A stretch of 10,205 bases of DNA, taken from a virus. The DNA is taken from the UHGV virus genome UHGV-1552111; one strand, 5' to 3'. Position numbers and translations under genes: made by a program. Below are positions 1 to 8,177 of the stretch, piece after piece (positions within the stretch are counted from its first letter, which is position 1; each line of letters starts with the position of its first letter). The notes beneath the pieces are model-generated. The model had not been told where the DNA came from. It made no database searches and was given only the letters and a program-made list of their open reading frames with translations.

Positions 1-32
1 TGAACAGACCACACCCACCAGCGCATTTTACG

Positions 33-620
33 ATGCCACCTGACCCGAAGCCGTACATCAGCATTATGCCCGCTAATGACGTTGGCGAGTGGCTGAATCA
101 GCACATCCTGAGCGATGAGGGTGACCTCTACAACCATGACCACCAGCATTTGCTTGAAGCGGATCTGTGCTTTCTCTGGGCGTCTAACGCTTTCGAGAAG
201 AAAGGGCGTTCCGTGCTGGGGCAGGCGGAAGAAGTGGCAATGCGGGCTGGAGGCTGGCAGAAAGCGCGGATGGAGCAGCAGATGTATGAATGGTTCGGCA
301 GGGTGCCGCAGTTCATCATCACGCTGGCCGCTGATTACTGCTCGCAATGTTCCGATCTGGAATTCTGTGCGCTGATAGAGCACGAGCTTTATCACATCTG
401 CCAGGCGACAGATGAATTTGGCGCGCCGAAGTTCACGCAGGAAGGGCAGCCAAAGCTGAAGCTGCGCGGCCATGACGTGGAAGAGTTTGTGGGCGTGGTT
501 CGCCGTTACGGTGCAAGCCGGGACGTGCAGGAAATGATTGATGCGGCGAATCAGCCAGCGGAGGTTGCTCATCTCGATATTGCCAGAGCGTGCGGGACGT
601 GCATGCTGCGACTGGCTTAA
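33..620 (+). CDS. Putative phage metallopeptidase-like protein (HExxH motif, several CxxC pairs); may extend upstream of the window
   Basis: ORF 33..620 (195 aa). HELYH motif encoded at 381..395 (cac gag ctt tat cac). CSQC before the motif and CGTC near the C-terminus suggest zinc binding. The reading frame has no stop between position 3 and the ATG at 33, so the true start could lie outside the window. Position immediately upstream of the small terminase gene. Resemblance to SprT-like or phage putative metallopeptidase families is from memory only. Confidence 0.55.
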   Translation: MPPDPKPYISIMPANDVGEWLNQHILSDEGDLYNHDHQHLLEADLCFLWASNAFEKKGRSVLGQAEEVAMRAGGWQKARMEQQMYEWFGRVPQFIITLAADYCSQCSDLEFCALIEHELYHICQATDEFGAPKFTQEGQPKLKLRGHDVEEFVGVVRRYGASRDVQEMIDAANQPAEVAHLDIARACGTCMLRLA

Positions 621-651
621 ATACTGGACTGTATAAGACGAATGGTGATTT

Positions 652-1125
652 ATGGCTGCATTAAAACCTGATGTGAAAGCCTTCATCATTCAGTCGCTTG
701 CGTGCTATGACACGCCATCGCAGGTGGTCGAGGCTGTCCAAAAAGAATTCGGGATCAAGATTACCCGCCAGCAGGCTGAATCTCACGACCCCACGAAGGC
801 CAGCGGTAAGACGCTCGCCAAAAAGTGGATCGAGATGTTCCACGCGACGCGCGAACGGTTCCTGACCGAAACCAGCGACATTCCGATAGCGAACAAATCC
901 TATCGCCTCCGCGTGCTTGACCGCATGGCAACCAAAACCGAGGGGATGAAAAACTTCTCCCTGACGGCGCAGCTTATCGAACAGGCCGCGAAAGAGGTTG
1001 GCGACGCTTACACCAATAAGCTGAAGGTTGAGAGCACTGGCAAGGATGGCGGCCCGATCAAGACCGAGACGACCAACCTCACCGCAGATCAGGCCGCAGA
1101 GATTTACCGCAAGATGATGGGGTGA
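652..1125 (+). CDS. Terminase small subunit (DUF2280-like)
   Basis: 157-aa ORF starting [29 protein letters not shown], which I recognise as the N-terminus typical of DUF2280-type small terminase proteins. Sits directly upstream of the large terminase, whose start follows its stop within a few nt. Confidence 0.75.
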   Translation: MAALKPDVKAFIIQSLACYDTPSQVVEAVQKEFGIKITRQQAESHDPTKASGKTLAKKWIEMFHATRERFLTETSDIPIANKSYRLRVLDRMATKTEGMKNFSLTAQLIEQAAKEVGDAYTNKLKVESTGKDGGPIKTETTNLTADQAAEIYRKMMG

Positions 1126-1127
1126 TC

Positions 1128-2750
1128 ATGCCTCTCCCGTTTGAATTCGATTTCAGAAACCCTGATTACCAGATGGTTTTTGAATGGCGGATGGAGCGCT
1201 TACAGCGCATTCGCCAGAACCCTGAAATGCTGCCAGCGCTAAAGCAGTTTTATCGCACCAACCCGGCACAGTTCATCATCGACTGGGGTATGACTACTGA
1301 CCCGCGTAACATCGATTATGGCCTGCCGGTCACCATCCCTTTTCTGCTGTTCCCGAAACAGGAAGAGTGGATTCACTGGATCATGGAGCGGCGCGAACGG
1401 CTGGAGAACGGCATCACCGAAAAGAGTCGCGAAATGGGGCTCAGCTGGACGGCGATCGGGCTGGCTTGCTCGCTCTGCCTGTTCAACAAAGAAATGGTTA
1501 TCGGCTTCGGCTCCCGTAAAGAGGAATACGTCGACAGCACCGGTGACCCGAAGGCGCTGTTCTGGAAGGCGCGAAAGTTCGTGGAAACGCTGCCCGTCGA
1601 GTTTCGCGGTTCGTGGGACGAGAAGAAGCACGCGCCGTACATGCGCGTTGAGTTTCCCGATACTGGCGCGGTCATCAAAGGCGAGGCTGGCGACAATATC
1701 GGTCGTGGTGACCGTACCACCCTCTACCTGGTGGATGAGGCTGCATTCCTCCAGCGTCCTCTGCTGATTGACGCGGCGCTGTCGCAAACCACCCGCTGCC
1801 GTATCGACCTGAGCTCGGTTAACGGCATGGCGAACCCGTTCGCGCAGAAGCGTCACGGCGGGAAGATACCGGTATTCACATTCCACTGGCGAAATGACCC
1901 GCGCAAGGATGAAGAGTGGTATCGCAGGGAGTGCGAGAAAATCGACAATCCGGTGGTGGTGGCGCAGGAACTTGACCTGAACTACAGCGCATCTGCGGAA
2001 GGCGTCCTGATCCCGTCCGACTGGGTACAGGCTGCCGTCGACGCTCATATTAAGCTGGGCATCCAGCCAACGGGCAAGCGACTGGGCGCGATGGACGTCG
2101 CCGACGAAGGCCGGGACAAAAATGCCTTTTCGACCCGTCACGGCTTCCTTCTGGAGAACGTGCGTGAATGGTCCGGCGTGGGCAGCGACATTTACCAGTC
2201 CGTTGAGAAAGTCTTCGGCTTTTGCGAACAGGACAACCTCGAAGAGTTTCGCTTCGACGAGGACGGCCTGGGCGCTGGCGTTCGCGGCGATGCACGCGCC
2301 ATCAACGAACTGCGTAACGCTGCGCGCCGACCGTCAATACTCGCCACACCGTTTCGTGGTAGCGGCGCGGTATTTGATCCGGACGATGAAGCGGTGCGCG
2401 GGGACAACGGACAGGCCGCACGCCTGAACAAGGACTTCTTCGCCAACGCCAAGGCCCAGAGCTGGTGGTGGCTACGCAAGCTTTTCCAGAACACCTATCG
2501 CGCCGTGGTTGAGGGCATGGCCTACAACCCGGACGAAATCATCTCAATCAGCAGCGCCATGGCGAGCAAAGACAAACTCATCATTGAGCTGTCGCAGCCG
2601 ACCTACTCCATTAACGGCGTGGGGAAAATCGTTGTTGATAAACAGCCTGATGGCACCAAGTCGCCGAACCTCGCCGACTCGGTGATGATCAGCTACGCGC
2701 CAATGAATTCAGCCCTGAACATCTGGGAGCTGCTAGGGAGACAGGCCTGA
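1128..2750 (+). CDS. Terminase large subunit (ATPase + nuclease)
   Basis: ORF track gives 1122..2750 from a GTG; I prefer the ATG at 1128, preceded by GGGG 6 nt upstream. Deviant Walker A of terminase type, KSREMGLS, encoded from 1422. Walker B-like LYLVDEAAF with the DE at 1734..1739. Size (~540 aa) and position between TerS and portal fit. Confidence 0.88.
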   Translation: MPLPFEFDFRNPDYQMVFEWRMERLQRIRQNPEMLPALKQFYRTNPAQFIIDWGMTTDPRNIDYGLPVTIPFLLFPKQEEWIHWIMERRERLENGITEKSREMGLSWTAIGLACSLCLFNKEMVIGFGSRKEEYVDSTGDPKALFWKARKFVETLPVEFRGSWDEKKHAPYMRVEFPDTGAVIKGEAGDNIGRGDRTTLYLVDEAAFLQRPLLIDAALSQTTRCRIDLSSVNGMANPFAQKRHGGKIPVFTFHWRNDPRKDEEWYRRECEKIDNPVVVAQELDLNYSASAEGVLIPSDWVQAAVDAHIKLGIQPTGKRLGAMDVADEGRDKNAFSTRHGFLLENVREWSGVGSDIYQSVEKVFGFCEQDNLEEFRFDEDGLGAGVRGDARAINELRNAARRPSILATPFRGSGAVFDPDDEAVRGDNGQAARLNKDFFANAKAQSWWWLRKLFQNTYRAVVEGMAYNPDEIISISSAMASKDKLIIELSQPTYSINGVGKIVVDKQPDGTKSPNLADSVMISYAPMNSALNIWELLGRQA

Positions 2751-4216
2751 TGGCACGAAACAAGCAAGCCTCTCAGCGAACGGCACAGGCCACCGCTGAC
2801 GGCTACGAGAACTTCGTCGCCCGCGTTGGGATGCAGACGCCTAACCAGCATTCAGCATCGACCTACCGGGCGAACTCCACCAGCCGCAACCGCATGCTGG
2901 TGGAATGGTCATATCGCGGTTCGTGGGTTATCGGTGAAGCGGTCGACGCTATCCCGGACGATATGACCCGAAAGGGCATTCGCATCACTTCGGAGATTGA
3001 CGCCAAAGACCGTGGCACCCTCGAAGCGCAACTGGATGAGTTGCAGATCTGGGATGCGCTGAACGACGTGCTGAAATGGTCGCGCCTCTACGGCGGCGCG
3101 GTCGGCTTCATCATGATCGAGGGGCAAGCACCAATGACCCCGCTGCGACTCGAAACCATTGGCGAGGGCAAGTTTAAGGGCATTCTCCCGCTCGACCGCT
3201 GGATGATTAACCCGGTGCTGACACGCCGCATTAAAGAGATGGGGCCGGACCTCGGCAAGCCTGAGTTTTACGACGTGGTGACCACCGCAACGGGCATTCC
3301 GGCCTGGCGCATCCATCACAGCCGCCTGATCCGCTTTGATGGCGTCACGCTGCCATTCCAGCAGAAGATGACCGAAAACGAATGGGGAATGTCGGTTGTA
3401 GAGCGTATCTGGGATCGGCTTACTGCGTTCGATAGCGCCACTGTCGGCGCGGCGCAGCTGGTCTATAAAGCGCATCTGCGTACCTATAGCGTGGAGAAGT
3501 TGCGCGAGCTTATCGCGCTTGGAGGCCCGGCGTTCGAAGCGTTGCTGAAGAACATCGACCTGATCCGCCAGTTCCAGAGCAATGAAGGTATGACGCTCAT
3601 GGACTCGCGGGATAAGTTCGAAACCCACCAGTACAGCTTTAGTGGTCTGGATGACATTCTTTCGCAGTTTGCTGAGCAGATCAGCGGTGCCGTTGGTATC
3701 CCGCTGGTACGCCTGTTCGGTCAATCCCCGAAAGGCTTCTCTACTGGTGATGCAGACCTCGCCAACTATTACGACCGGGTGAGCTCATTGCAGGAGCGCC
3801 GCTTACGGCTGCCGATGCGCCGGATACTGGACATTATGCACCGCTCGGAACTCGGAAAGCCGCTGCCGGACGATTTCACGTTTGAGTTTAACCCGCTATG
3901 GCAAATGTCAGACGTTGACCGATCAACGGTGGCCGTAAACACCACCAACGCGATCAGTACCGCGCTGGGCGACGGATTGATGACGCGTAAGGCGGCGATG
4001 ACCGACCTGCGCGAAAACTCTGACGTCACCGGCATCGGGGCATCCATTACCGACGAGGATATCGAGAATGCCGAAGACGAAGCGCCGCCAGGCATCGGCG
4101 AACTTGGCGACAAACCGCCAGAGTCGCCAGGCGGAGATCCGATATCGAACGAGCCTACGGCAGATAGCGCGGGCGGTCGGGGATATCGTAAATGGGCGCT
4201 ACGATGGTTCAAATGA
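2750..4216 (+). CDS. Portal protein (DUF1073-like)
   Basis: 488-aa ORF directly after TerL with an ATGA stop/start overlap at 2747..2753. Size and position are typical of a portal; the N-terminal region resembles DUF1073 portal proteins as recalled. The acidic/Pro-rich C-terminal tail lies in the overlap with the next gene. Confidence 0.8.
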   Translation: MARNKQASQRTAQATADGYENFVARVGMQTPNQHSASTYRANSTSRNRMLVEWSYRGSWVIGEAVDAIPDDMTRKGIRITSEIDAKDRGTLEAQLDELQIWDALNDVLKWSRLYGGAVGFIMIEGQAPMTPLRLETIGEGKFKGILPLDRWMINPVLTRRIKEMGPDLGKPEFYDVVTTATGIPAWRIHHSRLIRFDGVTLPFQQKMTENEWGMSVVERIWDRLTAFDSATVGAAQLVYKAHLRTYSVEKLRELIALGGPAFEALLKNIDLIRQFQSNEGMTLMDSRDKFETHQYSFSGLDDILSQFAEQISGAVGIPLVRLFGQSPKGFSTGDADLANYYDRVSSLQERRLRLPMRRILDIMHRSELGKPLPDDFTFEFNPLWQMSDVDRSTVAVNTTNAISTALGDGLMTRKAAMTDLRENSDVTGIGASITDEDIENAEDEAPPGIGELGDKPPESPGGDPISNEPTADSAGGRGYRKWALRWFK

Positions 4217-4841
4217 TAGCGTTACCGAAATAATGGATGCGCTGGAGCGCTACAGCGAAATCATCACCCCCTGGGCGACGAAGGTTGCTGAGAACTTCAC
4301 CGCAGACATAGCGCGCCAGAATGAAAAGCAGTGGCGTCAGCACAGCCGGAACATCAGCGCAGAACTACGCAACATGGTCGACCGCGCCCCGGTAGGCCAG
4401 GTGATGAAATCCATCGTCGCAGAGCAAATTAAGTACATCAAATCGCTGCCTCTTGAGGCCGCCGATCGGGTGTATGACATTCAGAACAAGGCCATCGAGG
4501 CCGTTGTGACTGGTGGCCGCGCTGAGCCATTCGCGAAAGAGATAGCTGCGTCCGGTGACGTGTCACGCTCACGAGCGAACCTTATCGCCCGTACCGAGCT
4601 TGGACGCGCAACCGGCGCGCTGGATCAGGCGCGTGCGCTGTCAATCGGCTCGAATGGTTATATCTGGCGTACAGCCGAAGATGGCGACGTCCGGCATTCT
4701 CATCGGGAGATGGAGGGCAAGTTTGTCGAATGGGGACGACCTCCAACGCTTGACGGCATGACCGGTCACGCTGGCGAGCTCCCGAACTGCCGCTGTTACA
4801 AAGAAATCGTCTTCCCGACACCTCATCCCTATCTCGCCTGA
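4068..4841 (+). CDS. Head morphogenesis protein, MuF / SPP1 gp7-like
   Basis: 257-aa ORF. ATG at 4068 is preceded by GAGGAT at 4054..4059. The C-terminal half (ARTELGRATGALDQARALSIGSNGYIWRTAEDGDVRHSHREMEGKFVEWG) resembles the conserved MuF-domain core. Overlaps the portal 3' end by 149 nt in another frame; the alternative in-frame ATG at 4233 has no obvious RBS. Confidence 0.75.
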   Translation: MPKTKRRQASANLATNRQSRQAEIRYRTSLRQIARAVGDIVNGRYDGSNDSVTEIMDALERYSEIITPWATKVAENFTADIARQNEKQWRQHSRNISAELRNMVDRAPVGQVMKSIVAEQIKYIKSLPLEAADRVYDIQNKAIEAVVTGGRAEPFAKEIAASGDVSRSRANLIARTELGRATGALDQARALSIGSNGYIWRTAEDGDVRHSHREMEGKFVEWGRPPTLDGMTGHAGELPNCRCYKEIVFPTPHPYLA

Positions 4842-4855
4842 ATTGCAGGTAACCC

Positions 4856-5056
4856 ATGGAAAAAACAATCTATTTCCTGAAAGAACAGGCCAGCGAAGCT
4901 ACGCGCATCACTGCTAAATACAATGGCGTAGAGGCTATTTATCAATCTGTTGGTGATAGAGCAAAGCGCTGCCAACTTATAGGTCGTGGTAATGCGCGTC
5001 AGATAAAGCATCTGCTGCGTGAGTTTATTAAATCCACTAAGGCGGCGGATGGATGA
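4856..5056 (+). CDS. Hypothetical small basic protein (66 aa), moron-like insert in the head module
   Basis: ATG at 4856 preceded by GCAGGT at 4845..4850. Its stop overlaps the start of the next gene (ATGA at 5053..5056), suggesting translational coupling. Visibly more AT-rich than the flanking genes by eye. No family recognised. Confidence 0.5.
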   Translation: MEKTIYFLKEQASEATRITAKYNGVEAIYQSVGDRAKRCQLIGRGNARQIKHLLREFIKSTKAADG

Positions 5057-6285
5057 AATATTTCTTCTACACCCAACTGGGGGAGACTCGCTATCGCCTG
5101 GCTGACGGCTCATTGCTTTGCAAAGACGTGCCGATAGGTCGAACGGGTAAGCAGCTCTATGGTGCTGATGACCTGCCAAAACTGAAACCCGATAAGTTCG
5201 GTGAAATAGTCGTCACGCGTTCTCCTGAGCAGGTATTCCATCCGGCCACGCTCGCCTCATTCGAAGGGATGAGCATCACGATCCTGCATCCTGAAGATGA
5301 AAACGGGAATGTGCGGCTGGTGAACCCCGAGAACTGGAAAGAGCTTGCGGTCGGGCATCTTCAGAACGTGCGGCGCGGGACAGGTGATCAGTCTGATTTG
5401 ATGCTGGCTGACCTTATCGTCAAAGACGAAAGCGCCATTCAGCTTATCGAAGATGGTCTGCGCGAAGTGTCGTGCGGCTATGACGCGGAGTACGAGCAGA
5501 CCGAGCCAGGTAAAGCCGAGCAGGTCGATATTACCGGAAACCATGTGGCTCTTGTCCCTAAAGGCAGAGCCGGAAATCGTTGTGCAATTGGAGACAGAGA
5601 CACAATGGCAAATCAAAAGAAAAGCTGGTGGACCCGCATGCGCACGGCCATCAAAACGGGTGACGCTGACACCATGAACGAACTGCTGGACTCTGCGCCA
5701 GCGGCGGTAACGGGTGACGAAGGGGATCTGCCGAGCGGCGTTAACCTCAACATTAACCTTTCACCGCAGCAACCATTGCCGGACAAAAAGCCGGAAATGG
5801 GCGGAGATCCAACCGGCGACGGCGAGGACGATATCAAAACCTTGCTCAAAGCCCTGCTGGCTAAGCTGGAAGGAAATGCGACGGGCAATAACAACAATAA
5901 GCCTGGCGAAAATGATAACAAAAATCCGACCTGCGACGACGAGGACAAAGAAGAGGAAACCACGATTACCGGTGACTCTGCCTATCGTGCCGAAGTTATC
6001 GTGCCGGGTATCGATCTGAGCCGTAAGGTGAAACCGACCGCGTTCAAACGTGATGTGCTGGCTGCCGCTGACAAAACACTGGTTCGCCAGGTTGTCGGTG
6101 ATGCGGATATCCGCAAATTGCCCAAGCAATCGGTAGATATGGCGTTTAACGCCGTGTCAGAGATTGCCAAAGGGCGAAACACCCGCAGCACCACGGGCGA
6201 TGCACAACGTCCAAATATGGGCATGACCAGCATCGCTTCCCTGAACAAACAAAACGCCGACTTCTGGTCTAACCGCAAAGGATAA
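5053..6285 (+). CDS. Putative scaffold/prohead protease-like protein (DUF2213-like N-terminal domain with acidic low-complexity C-terminal region)
   Basis: 410-aa ORF with AAGGCGG RBS upstream. Position between MuF-like and capsid genes. The central region is strongly acidic and Asn/Gly/Asp-rich (GNATGNNNNKPGENDNKNPTCDDEDKEEETT), typical of scaffolding proteins. DUF2213 assignment is recalled from the N-terminal sequence and is not verified. Confidence 0.65.
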   Translation: MKYFFYTQLGETRYRLADGSLLCKDVPIGRTGKQLYGADDLPKLKPDKFGEIVVTRSPEQVFHPATLASFEGMSITILHPEDENGNVRLVNPENWKELAVGHLQNVRRGTGDQSDLMLADLIVKDESAIQLIEDGLREVSCGYDAEYEQTEPGKAEQVDITGNHVALVPKGRAGNRCAIGDRDTMANQKKSWWTRMRTAIKTGDADTMNELLDSAPAAVTGDEGDLPSGVNLNINLSPQQPLPDKKPEMGGDPTGDGEDDIKTLLKALLAKLEGNATGNNNNKPGENDNKNPTCDDEDKEEETTITGDSAYRAEVIVPGIDLSRKVKPTAFKRDVLAAADKTLVRQVVGDADIRKLPKQSVDMAFNAVSEIAKGRNTRSTTGDAQRPNMGMTSIASLNKQNADFWSNRKG

Positions 6286-6289
6286 TCCA

Positions 6290-6793
6290 ATGACTGCATA
6301 TCTGTACCGGATGCCTGTTGGCATTGCCGGGGCTATCTCTCGCCCGCAGGACTTAACCGTCGAACCGGTGATCCTTAAATCCGCTAACGCCTTCGCTGCC
6401 TATGGTCTGGCTGGCAAATATGACGCTGACGGCTTTTTCGTGCCGCTGGCGGACGGTGACACCGCCGACAAGGTGAAGGGGATCTACGTTCGTCCGTATC
6501 CGACCACATCGCAGCCAGACATGGTTCGCCAGGTGGGGACGGATAAGAACTTCCCGGGCGACGCCATGAAGCGTGGCTACATGACCGTTAACCTCGGATC
6601 TGGCTTCGATGCCAGCACCATCAAAAAAGGCGACCCGGTATACGTTGTCGTCTCCACTGATGAATCCATCAAAGTGCCGCTGGGCGGCTTCATGTCCACG
6701 TCCGTCAGTGGCAAAAACGTGGCGCTGACCAACGCCGAATTCACAGGGGCCGGTGACGCTAACGGCAATGCAGAAATCTCCTGGAAGATTTAA
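6290..6793 (+). CDS. Putative capsid decoration/cement-like structural protein
   Basis: 167-aa ORF with AAGGA RBS 7 nt upstream of the ATG. Immediately precedes the major capsid gene. Gly/Ala/Val-rich composition consistent with a beta-rich structural protein. Functional call is by position and general resemblance only. Confidence 0.55.
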   Translation: MTAYLYRMPVGIAGAISRPQDLTVEPVILKSANAFAAYGLAGKYDADGFFVPLADGDTADKVKGIYVRPYPTTSQPDMVRQVGTDKNFPGDAMKRGYMTVNLGSGFDASTIKKGDPVYVVVSTDESIKVPLGGFMSTSVSGKNVALTNAEFTGAGDANGNAEISWKI

Positions 6794-6804
6794 GGAACAG
6801 ACGA

Positions 6805-7746
6805 ATGATTACTTTTGATCAGGCAACCGTTGATAGCTCTGGTGCCTTTCTCATCGGGGAGCTGGAGCGACTCGACCAGACGCTGAACCTGCCGCTGGTG
6901 GGTTATACCTGGACCCGAGATATTCAGCTGCGTGAAGACGTTTCTATCGCAGATGACATTTCCAGCTGGACTAACACCAGCTTTGGCGCTGCGGGTACTG
7001 GCGCAAATCCGAACGGTAAAAACTGGGTAGGTAAAGACTCCACTGCTATTGCTGGCGTGAACGTTGATATCGGCAAAGACGGCAATCCGCTGAACCTCTG
7101 GGGCATGGAACTGGGCTGGACCGTTGTAGAGCTGGCAGCAGCTCAGCAGGTAGGTCGCCCGATTGATACCCAGAAGTACGACGGGATGCAGCTCAAATGG
7201 CAGATGGACAACGATGAGCAGGTTTACATCGGCGATGATGCGCTCGGCCTGAAAGGGCTGGCAAACCTTGTCGGTGTGACGCTGAACAATGCGCCGAAGA
7301 CCTGGGCGAGCTCCACCAACGACGAGATCCTCGATAGCGTGAACAGCATTCTGTCGAATGCCTGGGCTGCTTCCGGCTACTCCGTCGTGCCTTCAGATCT
7401 GCGCATTCCGCCAGAGCAGTATTCACTACTGGCAAGCCGTAAGGTTTCCGAAGCGGGTAACCAGTCACTGCTGACCTATCTGGCCGTGAACACTATCGCT
7501 TTCCACCAGAACGGCGTTCCGCTGGAAATCAAAGCGGTCAAATGGCTGAAAGGGCGCGGGGTTGGCGGTAAAGACCGTATGGTCGCCTACACCAACGACA
7601 AGAAATATGTGCGCTATCCGCTGGTGCCGTTGCAGAGTGTTCCTATCCAGTATCGCGGTCTGTACCAGATTGCGACCTACTACGGCAAGCTCGGTGCGGT
7701 TGAGCCAGTGTACAAAGAAACCCTGTCCTACGTGGACGGTATCTGA
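6805..7746 (+). CDS. Major capsid protein (DUF2184-like)
   Basis: 313-aa ORF with strong RBS AAGGAA at 6792..6797. Followed by a stable GC hairpin, a common arrangement for highly expressed capsid genes. Size and position fit the major capsid protein of DUF2213/DUF2184-type head modules as recalled. Confidence 0.75.
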   Translation: MITFDQATVDSSGAFLIGELERLDQTLNLPLVGYTWTRDIQLREDVSIADDISSWTNTSFGAAGTGANPNGKNWVGKDSTAIAGVNVDIGKDGNPLNLWGMELGWTVVELAAAQQVGRPIDTQKYDGMQLKWQMDNDEQVYIGDDALGLKGLANLVGVTLNNAPKTWASSTNDEILDSVNSILSNAWAASGYSVVPSDLRIPPEQYSLLASRKVSEAGNQSLLTYLAVNTIAFHQNGVPLEIKAVKWLKGRGVGGKDRMVAYTNDKKYVRYPLVPLQSVPIQYRGLYQIATYYGKLGAVEPVYKETLSYVDGI

Positions 7747-7756
7747 TAACCAGAAC

Positions 7757-7772
7757 GGCCCCGAAAGGGGCC
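7757..7772 (+). promoter_or_regulatory. GC-rich stem-loop (GGCCCC-GAAA-GGGGCC) immediately 3' of the major capsid gene
   Basis: Perfect 6-bp all-GC stem with a GNRA-type GAAA loop, 11 nt after the capsid stop. It is followed by the AAGGAAA RBS of the next gene rather than a U-tract, so more likely an mRNA stabiliser, processing site or partial terminator than a classic intrinsic terminator. Confidence 0.5.
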
Positions 7773-7787
7773 AGAAGGAAACTTGAA

Positions 7788-8177
7788 ATGGCGAAAGAAA
7801 AGCTGGTTACCATCCATGTTCACACCCCGTTTACGCTGACGCTCGGCGATCAGTCAAAACAGGAGTTTGGCCGGGGGCGGCATAACGTACCGGAAGAGGT
7901 CGCGTCGCACTGGTTCACCCAGGCGCACTCCGAGCTTTCCGAAAGCGTGATTAGCGACACCGATGATCTGCAACCCATTATCGACAGCCTGCAAGCTCAG
8001 ATTGCCGACAAAGATAAGCAGATTATCGATAAAGATCAGTTGATTGCCGATCTGCGAGAAGCTCTGCTCAAGCTGCAAGAGCAGAACGACAGCCTGCAAG
8101 CGCAGATTGCTGCCGCCCAGACTGGCGGTAATGGGGCGAAAGATGCCAAAGAATCAAAGCCTGCCAACAGTAAGTGA
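7788..8177 (+). CDS. Hypothetical coiled-coil protein with internal repeat (possible capsid-associated or head fibre-like protein)
   Basis: 129-aa ORF with AAGGAAA RBS. The C-terminal half is heptad-like and Gln/Asp/Lys-rich with a duplicated SLQAQIA motif. The N-terminal ~50 aa look globular. No family recognised. Confidence 0.65.
   Translation: MAKEKLVTIHVHTPFTLTLGDQSKQEFGRGRHNVPEEVASHWFTQAHSELSESVISDTDDLQPIIDSLQAQIADKDKQIIDKDQLIADLREALLKLQEQNDSLQAQIAAAQTGGNGAKDAKESKPANSK
7982..8113 (+). repeat. Imperfect direct repeat inside the coiled-coil gene (about 27 nt, gacagcctgcaagc[t/g]cagattgc...), copies at 7982..8008 and 8087..8113
   Basis: Read directly from the sequence: gacagcctgcaagctcagattgccgac versus gacagcctgcaagcgcagattgctgcc. 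Each copy encodes DSLQAQIA. Confidence 0.6.

Noticed and set aside
1239-2141. 300-aa minus-strand ORF inside the large terminase gene
   Set aside because: Lies entirely antisense within a confidently assigned, motif-bearing + strand gene. Arg/Ala/Pro-rich translation typical of spurious ORFs in high-GC coding DNA. No RBS context.
115-2427. Internal alternative-frame + strand ORFs (115..375, 1318..1767, 2122..2427)
   Set aside because: Nested within longer, better supported ORFs in another frame; Arg/Ser-rich translations and no RBS.
2909-3724. 271-aa minus-strand ORF inside the portal gene
   Set aside because: Antisense to the portal gene with low-complexity Arg/Ala-rich translation; most likely a GC-composition artefact.
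3769-4212. 147-aa minus-strand ORF antisense to the portal 3' end
   Set aside because: Ser/Pro/Arg-rich low-complexity translation, overlapping two + strand genes; no independent support.
4829-5179. 116-aa minus-strand ORF overlapping the small + strand ORF and the start of the scaffold-like gene
   Set aside because: The + strand reading has an RBS and ATGA coupling consistent with the operon; the minus-strand ORF would run against every neighbouring gene. Kept only as a remote alternative.
5613-6299. Several minus-strand ORFs (5613..5963, 5761..6129, 5982..6299) inside the scaffold-like gene
   Set aside because: Antisense to a + strand gene in a low-complexity region; Ser/Leu-rich translations look like artefacts.
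7757-7772. Hairpin as a classic Rho-independent terminator
   Set aside because: No U-rich tract follows the stem; the next gene RBS begins immediately, so full termination is unlikely.
8044-8142. ORF track start (TTG at 8044) for the adaptor-like gene
   Set aside because: Would overlap the coiled-coil gene by about 130 nt and begin with a Cys/Arg-rich stretch that looks non-native; internal ATGs at 8131 or 8143 are more plausible.
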